Positions 37,722 through 48,515 of a stretch of DNA of 64,000 bases are shown here, piece after piece. The translations under genes were made by a program, and so were the position numbers. A model generated the notes under the pieces. That model did not search any database. It was not told where the DNA came from and saw only the letters and a program-made list of their open reading frames with translations. How positions within the stretch are numbered: position 1 is the stretch's first letter; each line of letters begins with the position of its first letter. Source of the stretch: Psammoneis japonica (lineage: Eukaryota); contig QPGO01000026.1 in the NCBI GenBank assembly GCA_008632985.1, positions 558,001-622,000 on the forward strand, given 5' to 3'.

Positions 37722-38405
37722 ATGTTCAAGTTTGTTCTCCTTGCTCTTCTTCTTGCTACTACCAAGGCCGGAGAAAACACAGTCCGTGGTCTCTCTAGTA
37801 GTAGTCGTAGTGGACGAACCGTGACTCTCAAGATTACCAACCTCTCTTTCCAGCAGCCCTTTGCGCCTTTCTTTGTCATGGTCCATGATTCGAGCGTTGC
37901 TCCTCTCTTTGTTCTGGGCCAACCCGCCCTCGATGAACTGGGAGACTTGGCTGAGAATGGAAGTCCCATGAGTCTCGTCAAGTACTACGAGGGCATGAGC
38001 GGTGTTGACTCTGTCAGCATCCACAATACCGACGCCCCTTACTTTGGAGGTGACACGACGGAGATTCAAGTCCGTATTCCTCGCAATCGCTTGGTGACGA
38101 TTGCCAGTATGGCCATTCATACCAATGACTGCTTTGTCGCCTTGAACGGCGTCGAGGCCAGAGAGGCGGGCAGCGTGTATTACAGCCCTGGATACGACTC
38201 GGGCACAGAAGAGAACAATGAACTGTGCAGCAGTATTCCTGGACCGGCTTGCGGTAATTCGACGGGAAACAGCGCTGACGCCAATGGTGAAGGATTCGTC
38301 CACGTGCACCGTGGCTTCTTTGGTCTCAACCAGGACGAGGCTGGAGAATTGTCTCAAGCTGGCTACGACTGGAGGAACCCAATGATGCGCGTTGAAGTAG
38401 TCTAA
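37722..38405 (+). CDS. Secreted Spondin_N domain protein
   Basis: Signal peptide; ITNLSFQQPFAPFFVMVH, LAENG, ASMAIHTNDCFVALNG, YDSGTEENNE and GEGFVHVHRG. Confidence 0.85.
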   Translation: MFKFVLLALLLATTKAGENTVRGLSSSSRSGRTVTLKITNLSFQQPFAPFFVMVHDSSVAPLFVLGQPALDELGDLAENGSPMSLVKYYEGMSGVDSVSIHNTDAPYFGGDTTEIQVRIPRNRLVTIASMAIHTNDCFVALNGVEAREAGSVYYSPGYDSGTEENNELCSSIPGPACGNSTGNSADANGEGFVHVHRGFFGLNQDEAGELSQAGYDWRNPMMRVEVV

Positions 38406-38589
38406 TGAACTTATCATAACTAGCTAAGCTGTAAAAGAGACTTATGCCCTATCACGAACCATTCATTGTTCATACACAACTCTTGTATTTCGCTACAATT
38501 TTTGTTTTTACATGAATTCACATCTATTCTGCTCAAACTACACCACCAGCACCACCACACAACTCTCTCTCTCACACGCATCATACAAA

Positions 38590-40610
38590 TTACACAATAC
38601 ATCGCTCCGTCATCCACTTTTTCACTTCTTCATCGGTAATTTGCGCACGACGCTTTTGATGTTCACCCACCAATTCGGTCAAGACTTGAATCAAACGTTC
38701 CTTGACCTTGCTTGTACTCCAGTATTCTCCCGAACCCGATCCATAATCCTGCTTGATCTTTTCCAATTCTTCATCGTCCTCCAAGAAAAAGGTTAACCAC
38801 TGATACGCCACATCCACCTCTAAATCCGCGCCCAGTTCCTTTTGTTTTTCCTTACTATCTTGTCCACCACTGTACGCGTGTGTTTTGATTTTGCGTTCAA
38901 TCTCTTGTGGTGTATCCGTTAGAAAAATGGCCGAATTGGCATCACTTGAACTCATTTTACCGTGTGTTCCCTGTAGGGGAGGAAAGAATTTGGAATGAAT
39001 CAAGGCCGGTTTACCCCCCAACGGATGTTTCTTGGCCACAACGAGTTTGTGTGCTACATCCCGTGTCATGCGAAAGTACGGATCTTGATCAATGGCACAG
39101 GGAATCAAACACGAAACGTCCGTTTCTCTTGTCGTGGTATTCAAAACGGTCGGAAAGGACGAGGCAAAGGACGGTGCGGCTTGAATGGCGGGAAATGCCA
39201 CCTTACCAATGTTACTCGTTCCGTCAAAACCAAAAATACCATTGACGGTATTGGTGGTGACGGCCTTCCAAATACGACATACATTGGGATACATGCGTCC
39301 GATGTATTCCAAATCGGAAAAGACAAAAGTCTTGTCAAAATCAAATCCACACGCAATGATATCACGTGCGTTTTCCATGGTTAATTTGGCAAATTCCATC
39401 AAATCATCTCCGGCTTCTTCCGTGTAGGTTCCCTTGAAGAGGAATTTTTCATCGTCAGTCATTTGAATCACCAACGGACAACCAAAGGCTTCTTGTAACC
39501 ATTTCGTAAAAAGAAATGGAATCAAATGTCCCAAATGCATGGCAGCCGACGACGGACCACGACCGGTATACAAGTACATGGGTTTCTTGTCGTGTTCGAT
39601 TGCTTTCAACAGTAAATCCAAATCACGATGCGAAAAGAAAATACCACGACGTAAAAAACGATGCAACTTGTCGACACGACCCGACGTGACGCGACCGAGT
39701 CGTTCCACGAGTTGTGGCGTTAACAATTTGGAACCAAAGTCCTTGACCAACAAATCGTAATCAACCTTGCCCGAAACTTCTTCCATGGTGACCACCATCT
39801 TTCATTGTCCTCTTTTGTGTAGTAGTAGTTTCATTCTCCAAGTCGAGTTTTTGCATCTTGGCTGTAGGCACAATTTCTTTATCTTGTTGTTGCTTTTCCA
39901 ACAAGATCTTGCCTTCGGGCATGCGAACTTGTTTGAGCTTTAAATCATCAAACGATCCCTCGATAGTAGTAGTATGTTCCATGGCAACGGGTGGTACGTC
40001 TTGTTGCTTTGGAACAATGTGAAATTTAATGACAATTTGAGCCTTTTTTGCCTTTTTCCCACACTGAATGGCACTGGCTAAATTATCCATTTCCAACACA
40101 ATCTCGTCAATGTCGGCAAGACAGCACGGTGTAGCCGGTGGAATGGCCAAGACGACATTCTTGACAAAAGCAACACTAACCGTGTCATTGGGTTTTGCCT
40201 TTTTCAATCCGTCATGGAGAATGCCCTTGCCGTACTTGTCGACTGCGTCCGAGAGTGGCATTTCCTGCAACACTTGAATTTCTTCGTTTTCTTGTAGAGA
40301 AACAATTCGATTCACAGCTTGTTGAATCGCTTGTAATAGTTCGATTTGTTGTTCGGCTTGTTCTGGCAATTCCAATTCTTGACAAGTTCCCAACTTTTTT
40401 CCCAATCCAATTGTAAATTTGGCCGAGGGACGGTTTTCTTTGAGATAGGTGGGTTGCATCATGCCCACGGTCACTTCATCCATGTTGGCACCGACCACAC
40501 CCAAGACGGCACCAAGACAAACTAAATAGCCAGTGGCAACCATGGGGGGGCATGGTTCCATTACAATGATGCGTTTTTTCTTTTTTGGTAGTTTCTTCTG
40601 TCGACGCCAT
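38590..40610 (-). CDS. WARS: Cytosolic tryptophanyl-tRNA synthetase; catalytic part 38590-39798 plus a probable ~270-aa N-terminal extension (frameshifted junctions)
   Basis: [32 protein letters not shown] and KMSSS. The upstream ORF 39761-40561 overlaps on the same strand with no room for a promoter. Confidence 0.9.
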
Positions 40611-40871
40611 GGTTGTTGTTGTTGTTGTTATATTGTTGTGAGACGATGTGCCGAGTAAGTGCTGATACTCCCAGACGCGCACGCTTTGGTTTCTCAGTCG
40701 CGCAGACCGCTAACGAGAGCCGCACACGTGGAAGCAAATAATATTGAGAAATTAGGCTATGAGCGCAAATGACCGTTTTGCTCAAGTCCGTCCGTGCGTC
40801 GAGCGAGCTATCTCGCCAGCAAAAAAAAAAAAAAGCATGCGGCTGATACAAGCGATAGCATCGACACCACC

Positions 40872-41609
40872 ATGGCGTCGTCGTTCTCGTTGTCCTTGTT
40901 GAAAAAGACAATCATACCATCCACAACAAGTAGATGTTTTGCTACGGGTGCTCGTGGTACACGTGGTCATGGTTGGTATCACAAGTACAAACAAGGATTG
41001 GGTGGTCGACATTTACAGGGACGTTTTTCCGAAATTGATATAACCAAAAATTGGAACAATCAAGTGTTTGATTCTCTCCACACGGAATTTGCTTTTTTGG
41101 ATATTCAAGTAGACAATCAAGAGATTCATCAAGTGGTGTTGGAATTGGCTACAGAAGCCTTGCCCAAGACGTGTCGTAATTTTCAATTATTAATGAAAGA
41201 TAATTACAAGAATACGAAAATTCATCATTTGGAAAAACAGGTTGGTTTGTGTTTGGGAGATGTTTTGCTCCAAGATGGAAAGGGCGGCAAATGTCACGAT
41301 GACATGGGACTGTATGGAACCATGCCGGAAGAACACAAGCTACTGTGGCATTTGGAGGGTATCGTCACCATGTTGGTACCCAGTGTGGATAAAGTCGATT
41401 CGCGCTTCATGATTTTGACGCACGACGCACCTCATCTCAATGGCAAGCATTTGCCCTTTGGACGTGTCACGTCGGAATCGTTGGGTTTGTTGAGGGGATG
41501 GCAAGAAGGCATTTTTACGCAACGGGGGAAACCGTCCGTGGATATGGTGATTGTCGACTGTGGCATGATGGAAACAAAGAAAAATGATGGTAATGTGGAA
41601 GCGGCGTGA
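40872..41609 (+). CDS. Cyclophilin-like protein, probably mitochondrial
   Basis: Presequence-like N-terminus; LELATEALPKTCRNF, GDV...GKGG, DSRFMI...APHLNGKHLPFGRV and IVDCG. Confidence 0.8.
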   Translation: MASSFSLSLLKKTIIPSTTSRCFATGARGTRGHGWYHKYKQGLGGRHLQGRFSEIDITKNWNNQVFDSLHTEFAFLDIQVDNQEIHQVVLELATEALPKTCRNFQLLMKDNYKNTKIHHLEKQVGLCLGDVLLQDGKGGKCHDDMGLYGTMPEEHKLLWHLEGIVTMLVPSVDKVDSRFMILTHDAPHLNGKHLPFGRVTSESLGLLRGWQEGIFTQRGKPSVDMVIVDCGMMETKKNDGNVEAA

Positions 41610-41676
41610 AATGAATGATGCTTAAAGTGTCTTTACAGTAGTCATGCGCGATGCAATGTAATAAAATAATATACTA

Positions 41677-42875
41677 TTAGTCTTTTCCAATTTCCAGTTT
41701 TGTGGGTTGAGATGTGTGTTGTTGTTGCTTTTGTTTATACTTGTTGCCCCTTCCTCCTCCTCGACCCCCACCACGTCCACCACCTCGACCCCCACTCTTG
41801 CTTAAACGTACCGTTCCATTGGGTAACAATTCACCCATTGTACTGCCTTGATGATCCTGTGCAACAGGCTGTGTCGTGGATTTCTTGTTGCCACGTCCAC
41901 TACTACTACTGCGTTGTTGTTGTTGCTGCTGTTTTCCGCCGATGCTACCTTTACGTTCTTGTGGTCGTTGTAAAATCTGAGTTGGTGGCAGTGCTTCTTC
42001 TTGTTGTTTTTGCTTGGATGGTAGTTCCGCAACCGGTTTGGTACGGGGAGCCAATTGTAATTTTGGACGAGCACCGGCCGAGCTTGTGCTACCGACACTG
42101 GAGGATCGATTCAACATGCGTTGCAAGGATGATTCTCGTTGGGGCGGTGATGCGGCACGTTGCAAAGAGGATTGAGGCTTTTTGTCATCCGTCGTCGTGT
42201 CCATGTTTTGCATGGCGGCCTAATTATAAACAAAGAGAAGAAAAAGGCATGAGAATAGAAACTCTACTTTTCTCGTGACCAAAACAACAACCACTAACAA
42301 TCACCTTCAATGCATCCATTTGTGATTTTCGTTGCTTTGTTTTTCTTCCTTTAATTTTTCTTGTCGTTCTTGATTGGCTTTGGCTTGTTCTTGTTGCTGT
42401 TGTTGCATTTTAGCACGTCGTTGTGCCATCCAAGCCGAACCATCCAAGTCTTGCTTTTTCTGAGACGAAGAATCTGAAATAGTATATATTTACGTAGAGA
42501 TCAGTACAAATTCTACGTCAATTATTTCGGAGAAAACTACCCCCAGCATAGCAACTCACCTCCAAACCGGCTCGACGATTTTGCCATTTGTTTCCAATCA
42601 CCACCTCCTCCCCTTCCACCACCGCGTCCACGTCCACTACCACGGTGTTGTTGTTGAGATCCACGATGTTGCTGTTGCTGCTGTTGTTTTCCGCTACGCC
42701 GAGGAGGTGCAGTATTTTTATTATTATTTCGTCTCTGCTGTTGCTGGTATTCTTCTTGCTCGTCGTCAGATGATTCTGCATCTTGCTGCTGGTTTTGAAA
42801 TCTCTGAAGGCTTGTACTTGCCTTGATTTCATCCTCATCGGAACTATCACTATCTCCCCAACGCATTGTTGACAT
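41677..42875 (-). CDS. Low-complexity RGG/Gln-rich RNA-binding protein (eIF4B/eIF4H-like motif), two introns
   Basis: RGG boxes and RPKLQLAPRTKP; the middle exon (~42305-42475) reads ...DLDGSAWMAQRRAKMQQQQ. Confidence 0.6.
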
Positions 42876-43149
42876 GATATAATGTTTCTTTGTACTGTAG
42901 GTTCGTTGTTGCTGTTGTTGTTTTTTGTGCGTGACTCTGCAATCCGCAATGCATTTTTCTCGCGCGAGCTCGGTTTTAGCGCTGTGCAAGGAAACGCGGC
43001 GAAAATGCCTGTGCGATGTTAGCTTCTGCCAAAGTCCTCTCTACTACAGCTAAAGTAACTCTCTGCTCTAGAGGATCCTATAGCCTCTAGAGAGCAGCTG
43101 TCGTCTAGATCTTACGTTCTCGTGTAACTTTTTATAACGTGCCAAATGA

Positions 43150-44182
43150 GCACTGTGTCAATTTACCTGGTTGTTTTCTGGAACTTGAAGAGCTCCAGGA
43201 AGGGCGAATGATGTCCAATCCGCAATCCAGAGCATGAGGTGCTTTTGCTAATGGTGCTGGAAAAAGGAACTTTCAACGACGCCAAGGCGATATTGACGGA
43301 AATCATTAGATGCGTTTATCGCTTTCGATTTGATCCTGACAAGGTCGGTGCACCCATCGCCGAGTCGACAACACGTGGTCACTTTTTGTTTTTTGAGCAT
43401 TCAAGATGCGCCCTCGAGACAAAGATTGGCTCCCACTAACGTAAAAGTTGTTGGCATTGTGGAACGAGACATGTTGCATAGATGGAATGCCTGGCGAATG
43501 CTTTTTCATCCGACTGGGACGCATGGGCCCGGTTTCTGGCAAACACCTCATTGACGAGTTGGCCTTGCGAGACCAAGCAACAAACAGCGTTCGAGCCAAG
43601 TCGACATTCAACAAGGGGTGTGGTGTCTTGCATCAATACAACTTTTGCTTGAGTGCAAAGAACATTTGTCCGGTAGAAACAATCGAATCCTACGGAGCGT
43701 TCTAGCTGGAAACGCAAAAAAGCACGGGCCCCTTGGCTCCACTGAGTTTCAAGATTTTCAGAAACACATCCATAACAGCATTCCTCCCGATGAGACACCC
43801 CAAATGAGGGCACTGGTCGATCGCTTGCGAGAATATGATCCCGATTTCGGTCTTTCTCCTGACACCGTTGAGAACCATGAATCCTGCACTCTGGTTATCT
43901 GTTGCTTCAACCTTGACTTGAATGACAACACGAATGGCATTGGCAAGGGAGATGCGTAAGAAACTCCGTGCATCGAGGATGAAAGCTCGACAGGTTCGAA
44001 GGATGGTTGCGATCTTTCTGAAACCCCTTTACAATACTCTACGCGGACAAGAAACCAAAGCTTGTTTTGATAGGATCAACGCTGATCCACCCGTAAAAGT
44101 CGTTGAGAGTCCTTACCGAGGATTCGTTGAGAGCCTATACTTCGTCCGTGCAAACCATGATGAAACGAATCTTTCGGCTTGA
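43150..44182 (+). CDS. Possible hypothetical gene, fragmented over several ORFs
   Basis: Consecutive plus-strand ORFs with protein-like composition (43239-43439, 43448-43705, 43618-43959, 43922-44182); no recognisable domain. Confidence 0.3.
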
Positions 44183-44384
44183 TGAACGAACTTGGAGCGG
44201 CGCGGACCCGTCATGTCTCTAAGCCACTAGAGTAGCAGATTCGCAGCAACACTCTCAAGTGCTGATTTCGATAGCGATTCGGTCGTCGCATGATTGTTCA
44301 GTGTTGCGTTCATCGGCCTATAAAGCAGAAGCAGCAGCAATCGAGAACAAGCTCGAATCTGGTAAACATATTGGATCATCCGCA

Positions 44385-45880
44385 TCAAGTCCACACATCA
44401 AAATGCCTTGGGATCGCATCTGCTGCATCACGCAGTATCGCTTCTTCCACCTGCCTCCATGCCCATTTGACGCGTACATTGCCAGACCTCGACAACTTGT
44501 TTCGGATACGACGAAGCAATGGTTGCCTTTCTGTAGTCGCTTCTCCATCGTCCTGGTTTCTTGTCTGCTCGTTGGAATGTCCCGACGGAGCCAATGGAGC
44601 AATCAACGGAATGAGCACTGCGGTAGTAGCAATGGCAAGGACGACTTGCATCAAGACAAACAGCCAAGAATGTCGGCAGTGTTTGATGTTGCAAATTCCC
44701 AAACTCCCCGCAATGGCATTGGTTGTCAGTGTCAGCATACTGCTGGCATCAATGGATGCTGCCAATCCCGCCACCATGGCAATGAGCTGAAACCAATGCT
44801 CCTTGACATGCAAGGTCTCGGTCGTTCCCGCCAGTACCCACAAGAGCGGAAGCCAAGGACAGCAGCACCAAACACACGGCAAAAGGAACAATACAACCCC
44901 ACAAGGACCAAGATCAAACGGCTTTTGGTCATTTTGATAATGTTCAATAGTGCTGTCAAAGTCAACACGGAGTACCATGGCCGACATGGAAGCGGAAAGA
45001 AAAAGTAAAATCCCCAAGGATTCCAACGCACCAATCCATCCCGGATGCAACAGTGCATTGAGAAAGGTTACCAAGGTGAATGCACAAACCACATAAAAGG
45101 CAAAGCATAACAGTGCCAATTGACGATCCCATATCGTCATTTCATCATCCGAAGAATCGTCGCCATTGTCCTTGACCATGGCTGCGAGACGAAAGCTCAC
45201 AAGAGTCACGCAGCCAGGTAGCCGCCTAGGGCAACGATATGAATAATATCCCAATCCGAGCGCTCGTTGGCGCAAACTGACCCAACAAGACATTCCACGC
45301 AATACCCAATCCAAATCCTAGAGTATTTTGTACAATCTCTCCAAATCGTGCCAACCCAAGTCGTTGTAAAAAGGCCATTATTCTGTGAAACAAGCAAGGG
45401 CATGACGTGGGCCAGAGACGCCGCAAACCACGTGGCCGCGAGATTGATGACGGCTCTCTTGACTGTGCCGAGACGAGAAAATTGAGTCAGATAGGCCATG
45501 AGCTTTCCAGCAAAGACGGGTGAAGGAAAGAATTCCACCGCGGTAATGGCTGCCTGCGACCAATTCTTATTGTTCTTTTGTAACCAGTCGGAAAGCACAG
45601 CGGCACCGCCGCATACAACAAGATATTGTAAAAGCAAGACCAATATATGTTTAGGCGCACGTTGATTTCCAAAGCCCAGTTGATCCCGAAGAGGGTTTTC
45701 ACCCGCCCATGCATGAGAAGCACCGTAAAAGACGAGATCCCACGCCCATGCACAACAAAAAGCCCCCGTAATGTACACAGTCGACCTTAAATGAGGTATA
45801 ATTTCGTCTATTGTAACAGACGTACTGCTTGTTGCGGTAGCGCTACTAGAGCTCTGTCTTTTTCGGAACAAGCCGACCAT
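44385..45880 (-). CDS. Multi-pass membrane protein of unknown function; one apparent frameshift near 45290-45340
   Basis: Overlapping hydrophobic ORFs 45206-45880 and 44385-45314, plus an alternate-frame fragment (QNTLGFGLGIAWNVLL) in between. Confidence 0.65.
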
Positions 45881-46416
45881 TGTCTTGATTTGTTTGCACA
45901 GATAGGTAGAAAGCCAGCATCCAGCATCTTCTTCCGATTTGCCGATCAGAAGTCAGAAGATCGCAGATTGAAGATATCGCCTCCGGAATTCGTTGAATTT
46001 TTGAAGTAGGTGCATGTGCTTTGGCGAGAAGAGCGAAACACTACAGTACATGTTCAAAAGCGAGTGCCCGCATTATCTTGCCAAGTTTCTGCTTGACGCT
46101 TGCAAGTCATGGGCGTTGTTCGCAGCCCACCTACTGCACCTCCTCCGCATGGAAATCCTGTCGTGCTCCTTCTTGTGTAGACCAATGTCTGGTTGTAACT
46201 CGGCAAAATTGGCAGAAAGTGGCTGGTTCTTGCACCCATTCAAACTGAGCAATCACCTCCCATCTTCAATCTCGATGCAAGCGTTCTCCGCCCAATTTCA
46301 AGATTTGAAGTTGAGAATGACATCAAGATTCTGACAAAAAAATTGAACTATTTAGAGAGACCATTGTGGACTCATCCATGTTGTAGCACACATGTCATGT
46401 GCTTGTTTTGCTCGCC

Positions 46417-47330
46417 TCAAACTAATGGTGGATCAACAAAATCGACTGCAAGTGAGTTTTGGAACATGTTTCCATTGGGCAAGCCTCGAAGCCTGAAGAT
46501 ATATTCCTCTAGATTTTCTCCGAAAAATGCGTTCTTTAAATTTTCATCCAGTTGAACTTGACTCGGCAGATTTGAAGCGTCTTCTGGGGCATACCTTGCT
46601 TCAGATTCAAATTCAACAATCACAACCCCTCCCATAGGGTACGAGTTGGCCGTCACGTACTTTGTGGTGAAGTCATCAAGAGTTCTCAGTGTTGTACTTG
46701 CATCTTCAGCAAACATAAACTGTTCTAAATAGAGGCGTGTCACATCCGTAAGGGGAACCAGGTCACTTCTTTGAGGCGGTACTGGCGTTCGAACTTGGTA
46801 TGACAAGGCATAGGGTGTAAGCATGACTGAAACGGAATCTGGGGAGGTCGACGGTGGCGTATAAATGCCGGTAGTTGTAATAATTGGTCCTACAGGTGTA
46901 TCATCGGCGGATGAAAGCAACACTCAAAGAAATATGAGAAAGAGTTCCTCACACGCCAAATAATGAAGCACGCCAAATTCAGGAACCTACCGCTTGGACT
47001 TTGCGTTGGGTAATGAACATAGTAGCCCTTTCCTTTGCTTTTATTCTTGTCTCTTGATTTCTTTTTTCCGCCTTTTTTTCCGTCTGTGCTGTCTTTGCTA
47101 TCTTTCTTCCCTTTCTTCCATCCACCCATTCCTTTTCCATTGTCTTTACCAAGTCCTTTCCCATACCCTTTGATGTACTCATCACTTGCAAAATCTGAAC
47201 TTTTGCTGTACTTTTTACTTTTTCCATCCTTGGTTTTTGAAACTGACTTTCCATCAACAGTCACAACATTCGACGTCAAGTAGACCATCAAAAATAGCGA
47301 TAGCAACCTGAAAAAAGATACAATTCTCAT
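46417..47330 (-). CDS. Secreted Lys/Gly/Ser-rich protein (silaffin/cingulin-like KxxK region), two exons
   Basis: Signal peptide; KDGKSKKYSKSS...KGKKDSKDS...KSKGKGYY; intron ~46891-46990 (GTAGG...CTGTAG); globular second exon. Confidence 0.7.
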
Positions 47331-47639
47331 CTTCTGTGGCCAAGAACGTAATAAATGATTCTATGTTGTCAACAATCTATTGTATCAATAAATGATATGG
47401 CTAGGCCGGACAAGGTGAAGCATTGCAGCTTTTGTAAGAGTAATGGCCGTTGCGAAGAGGAAATTTTTGATTTCGACGCGACACGCAACGGCGGCGCCAT
47501 CATTCGCCCAACGCATGGGATTCAAACGCGATTCAAACGCGACCCCCCGTCAACCATCAAACACGACCAATAAATCTGGTTTGCACATTTCTTCTTGAAA
47601 GACACAACGAGTGGTGACAGCAGTGGCGAGGGACGACAC

Positions 47640-48231
47640 AAGACACTGCTGGCGCCGCCATGAAAACTGACTCTGGAGTTGTCATGCCATGTGCTTGACA
47701 TGAAATCTTGTTGGAATCTGTCAAGTCTCACCCTGGCAGAGGCTTTTTTTGCCAGCTTTGCATGTCTCTGACAATGCCAGATTTGCCAGCTTTGAATGGG
47801 ATCAGCAAAAAATTAAAAAATCTCAACAAGCATTTGGAGCAAGAGAGAGGCAGACACACAAGTGTTCTTTTGAAATCATCAGCGGCGCTTGAGCCCCCAA
47901 GCACGTGTGCAAAGCAGCTCCATCCAGACAAAAGGCAGTGCCACAAAATCTGTGACTTGGGCCAGAACACCAGCACTTGCTGGCCCTGGCAGCAATGCTC
48001 AGCTCTGAGTGTGAGTGCATTTTCTTGTTTGCTCTGGCTGGGTGCAGCCCATGTTCACGCAACAGAAGTGCGCTGACAATTCCATCTCTCACACAAGTGT
48101 TGTTGTGAAACAACCAACACCACCAGCACAGCAACATGACTTTTGCCAGAGGAGAGCACAGTGTGAGAGGGACTTGCAAAGACAAGCAAGATGTGCTTGG
48201 TTTGACTGACAGATGCAATGGTGCCCCACTG
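47640..48231. mobile_element. TpA-depleted relic DNA flanking the Copia insertion (left)
   Basis: TA and CG are both rare; continuous with 55353-56560 once the Copia element is removed. Confidence 0.5.
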
Positions 48232-48236
48232 CATTG

Positions 48237-48515
48237 TGACAGAAATTGAAGGCAAATGGCAAGAATTCAAACAATGACTCCTTGCTGCTGTCTAAACAGC
48301 AGATGAGTCTCTGCTCAGAGACTGTTGCAGGAGCCGAAAGACGTGCAAGTCGGCACGATCGGGCCACTGTTGTTGTCATTCTTGTGAGCCTTGTGGCTCG
48401 AAAGCAAACTGCATCGCGCACAAACGCACGGAACCAAAGCACACAAAACTGTGCGCGGTGAACTAAACAGCGCGCGACATTTCGCGCGCACCTGAATCCT
48501 GTTCAAATCCTGTCA
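48237..48515 (-). repeat. 3' LTR (279 bp)
   Basis: Direct repeat of 55072-55347, preceded on the minus strand by a purine-rich PPT-like AAACTGGGGAG (48516-48526). Confidence 0.95.
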
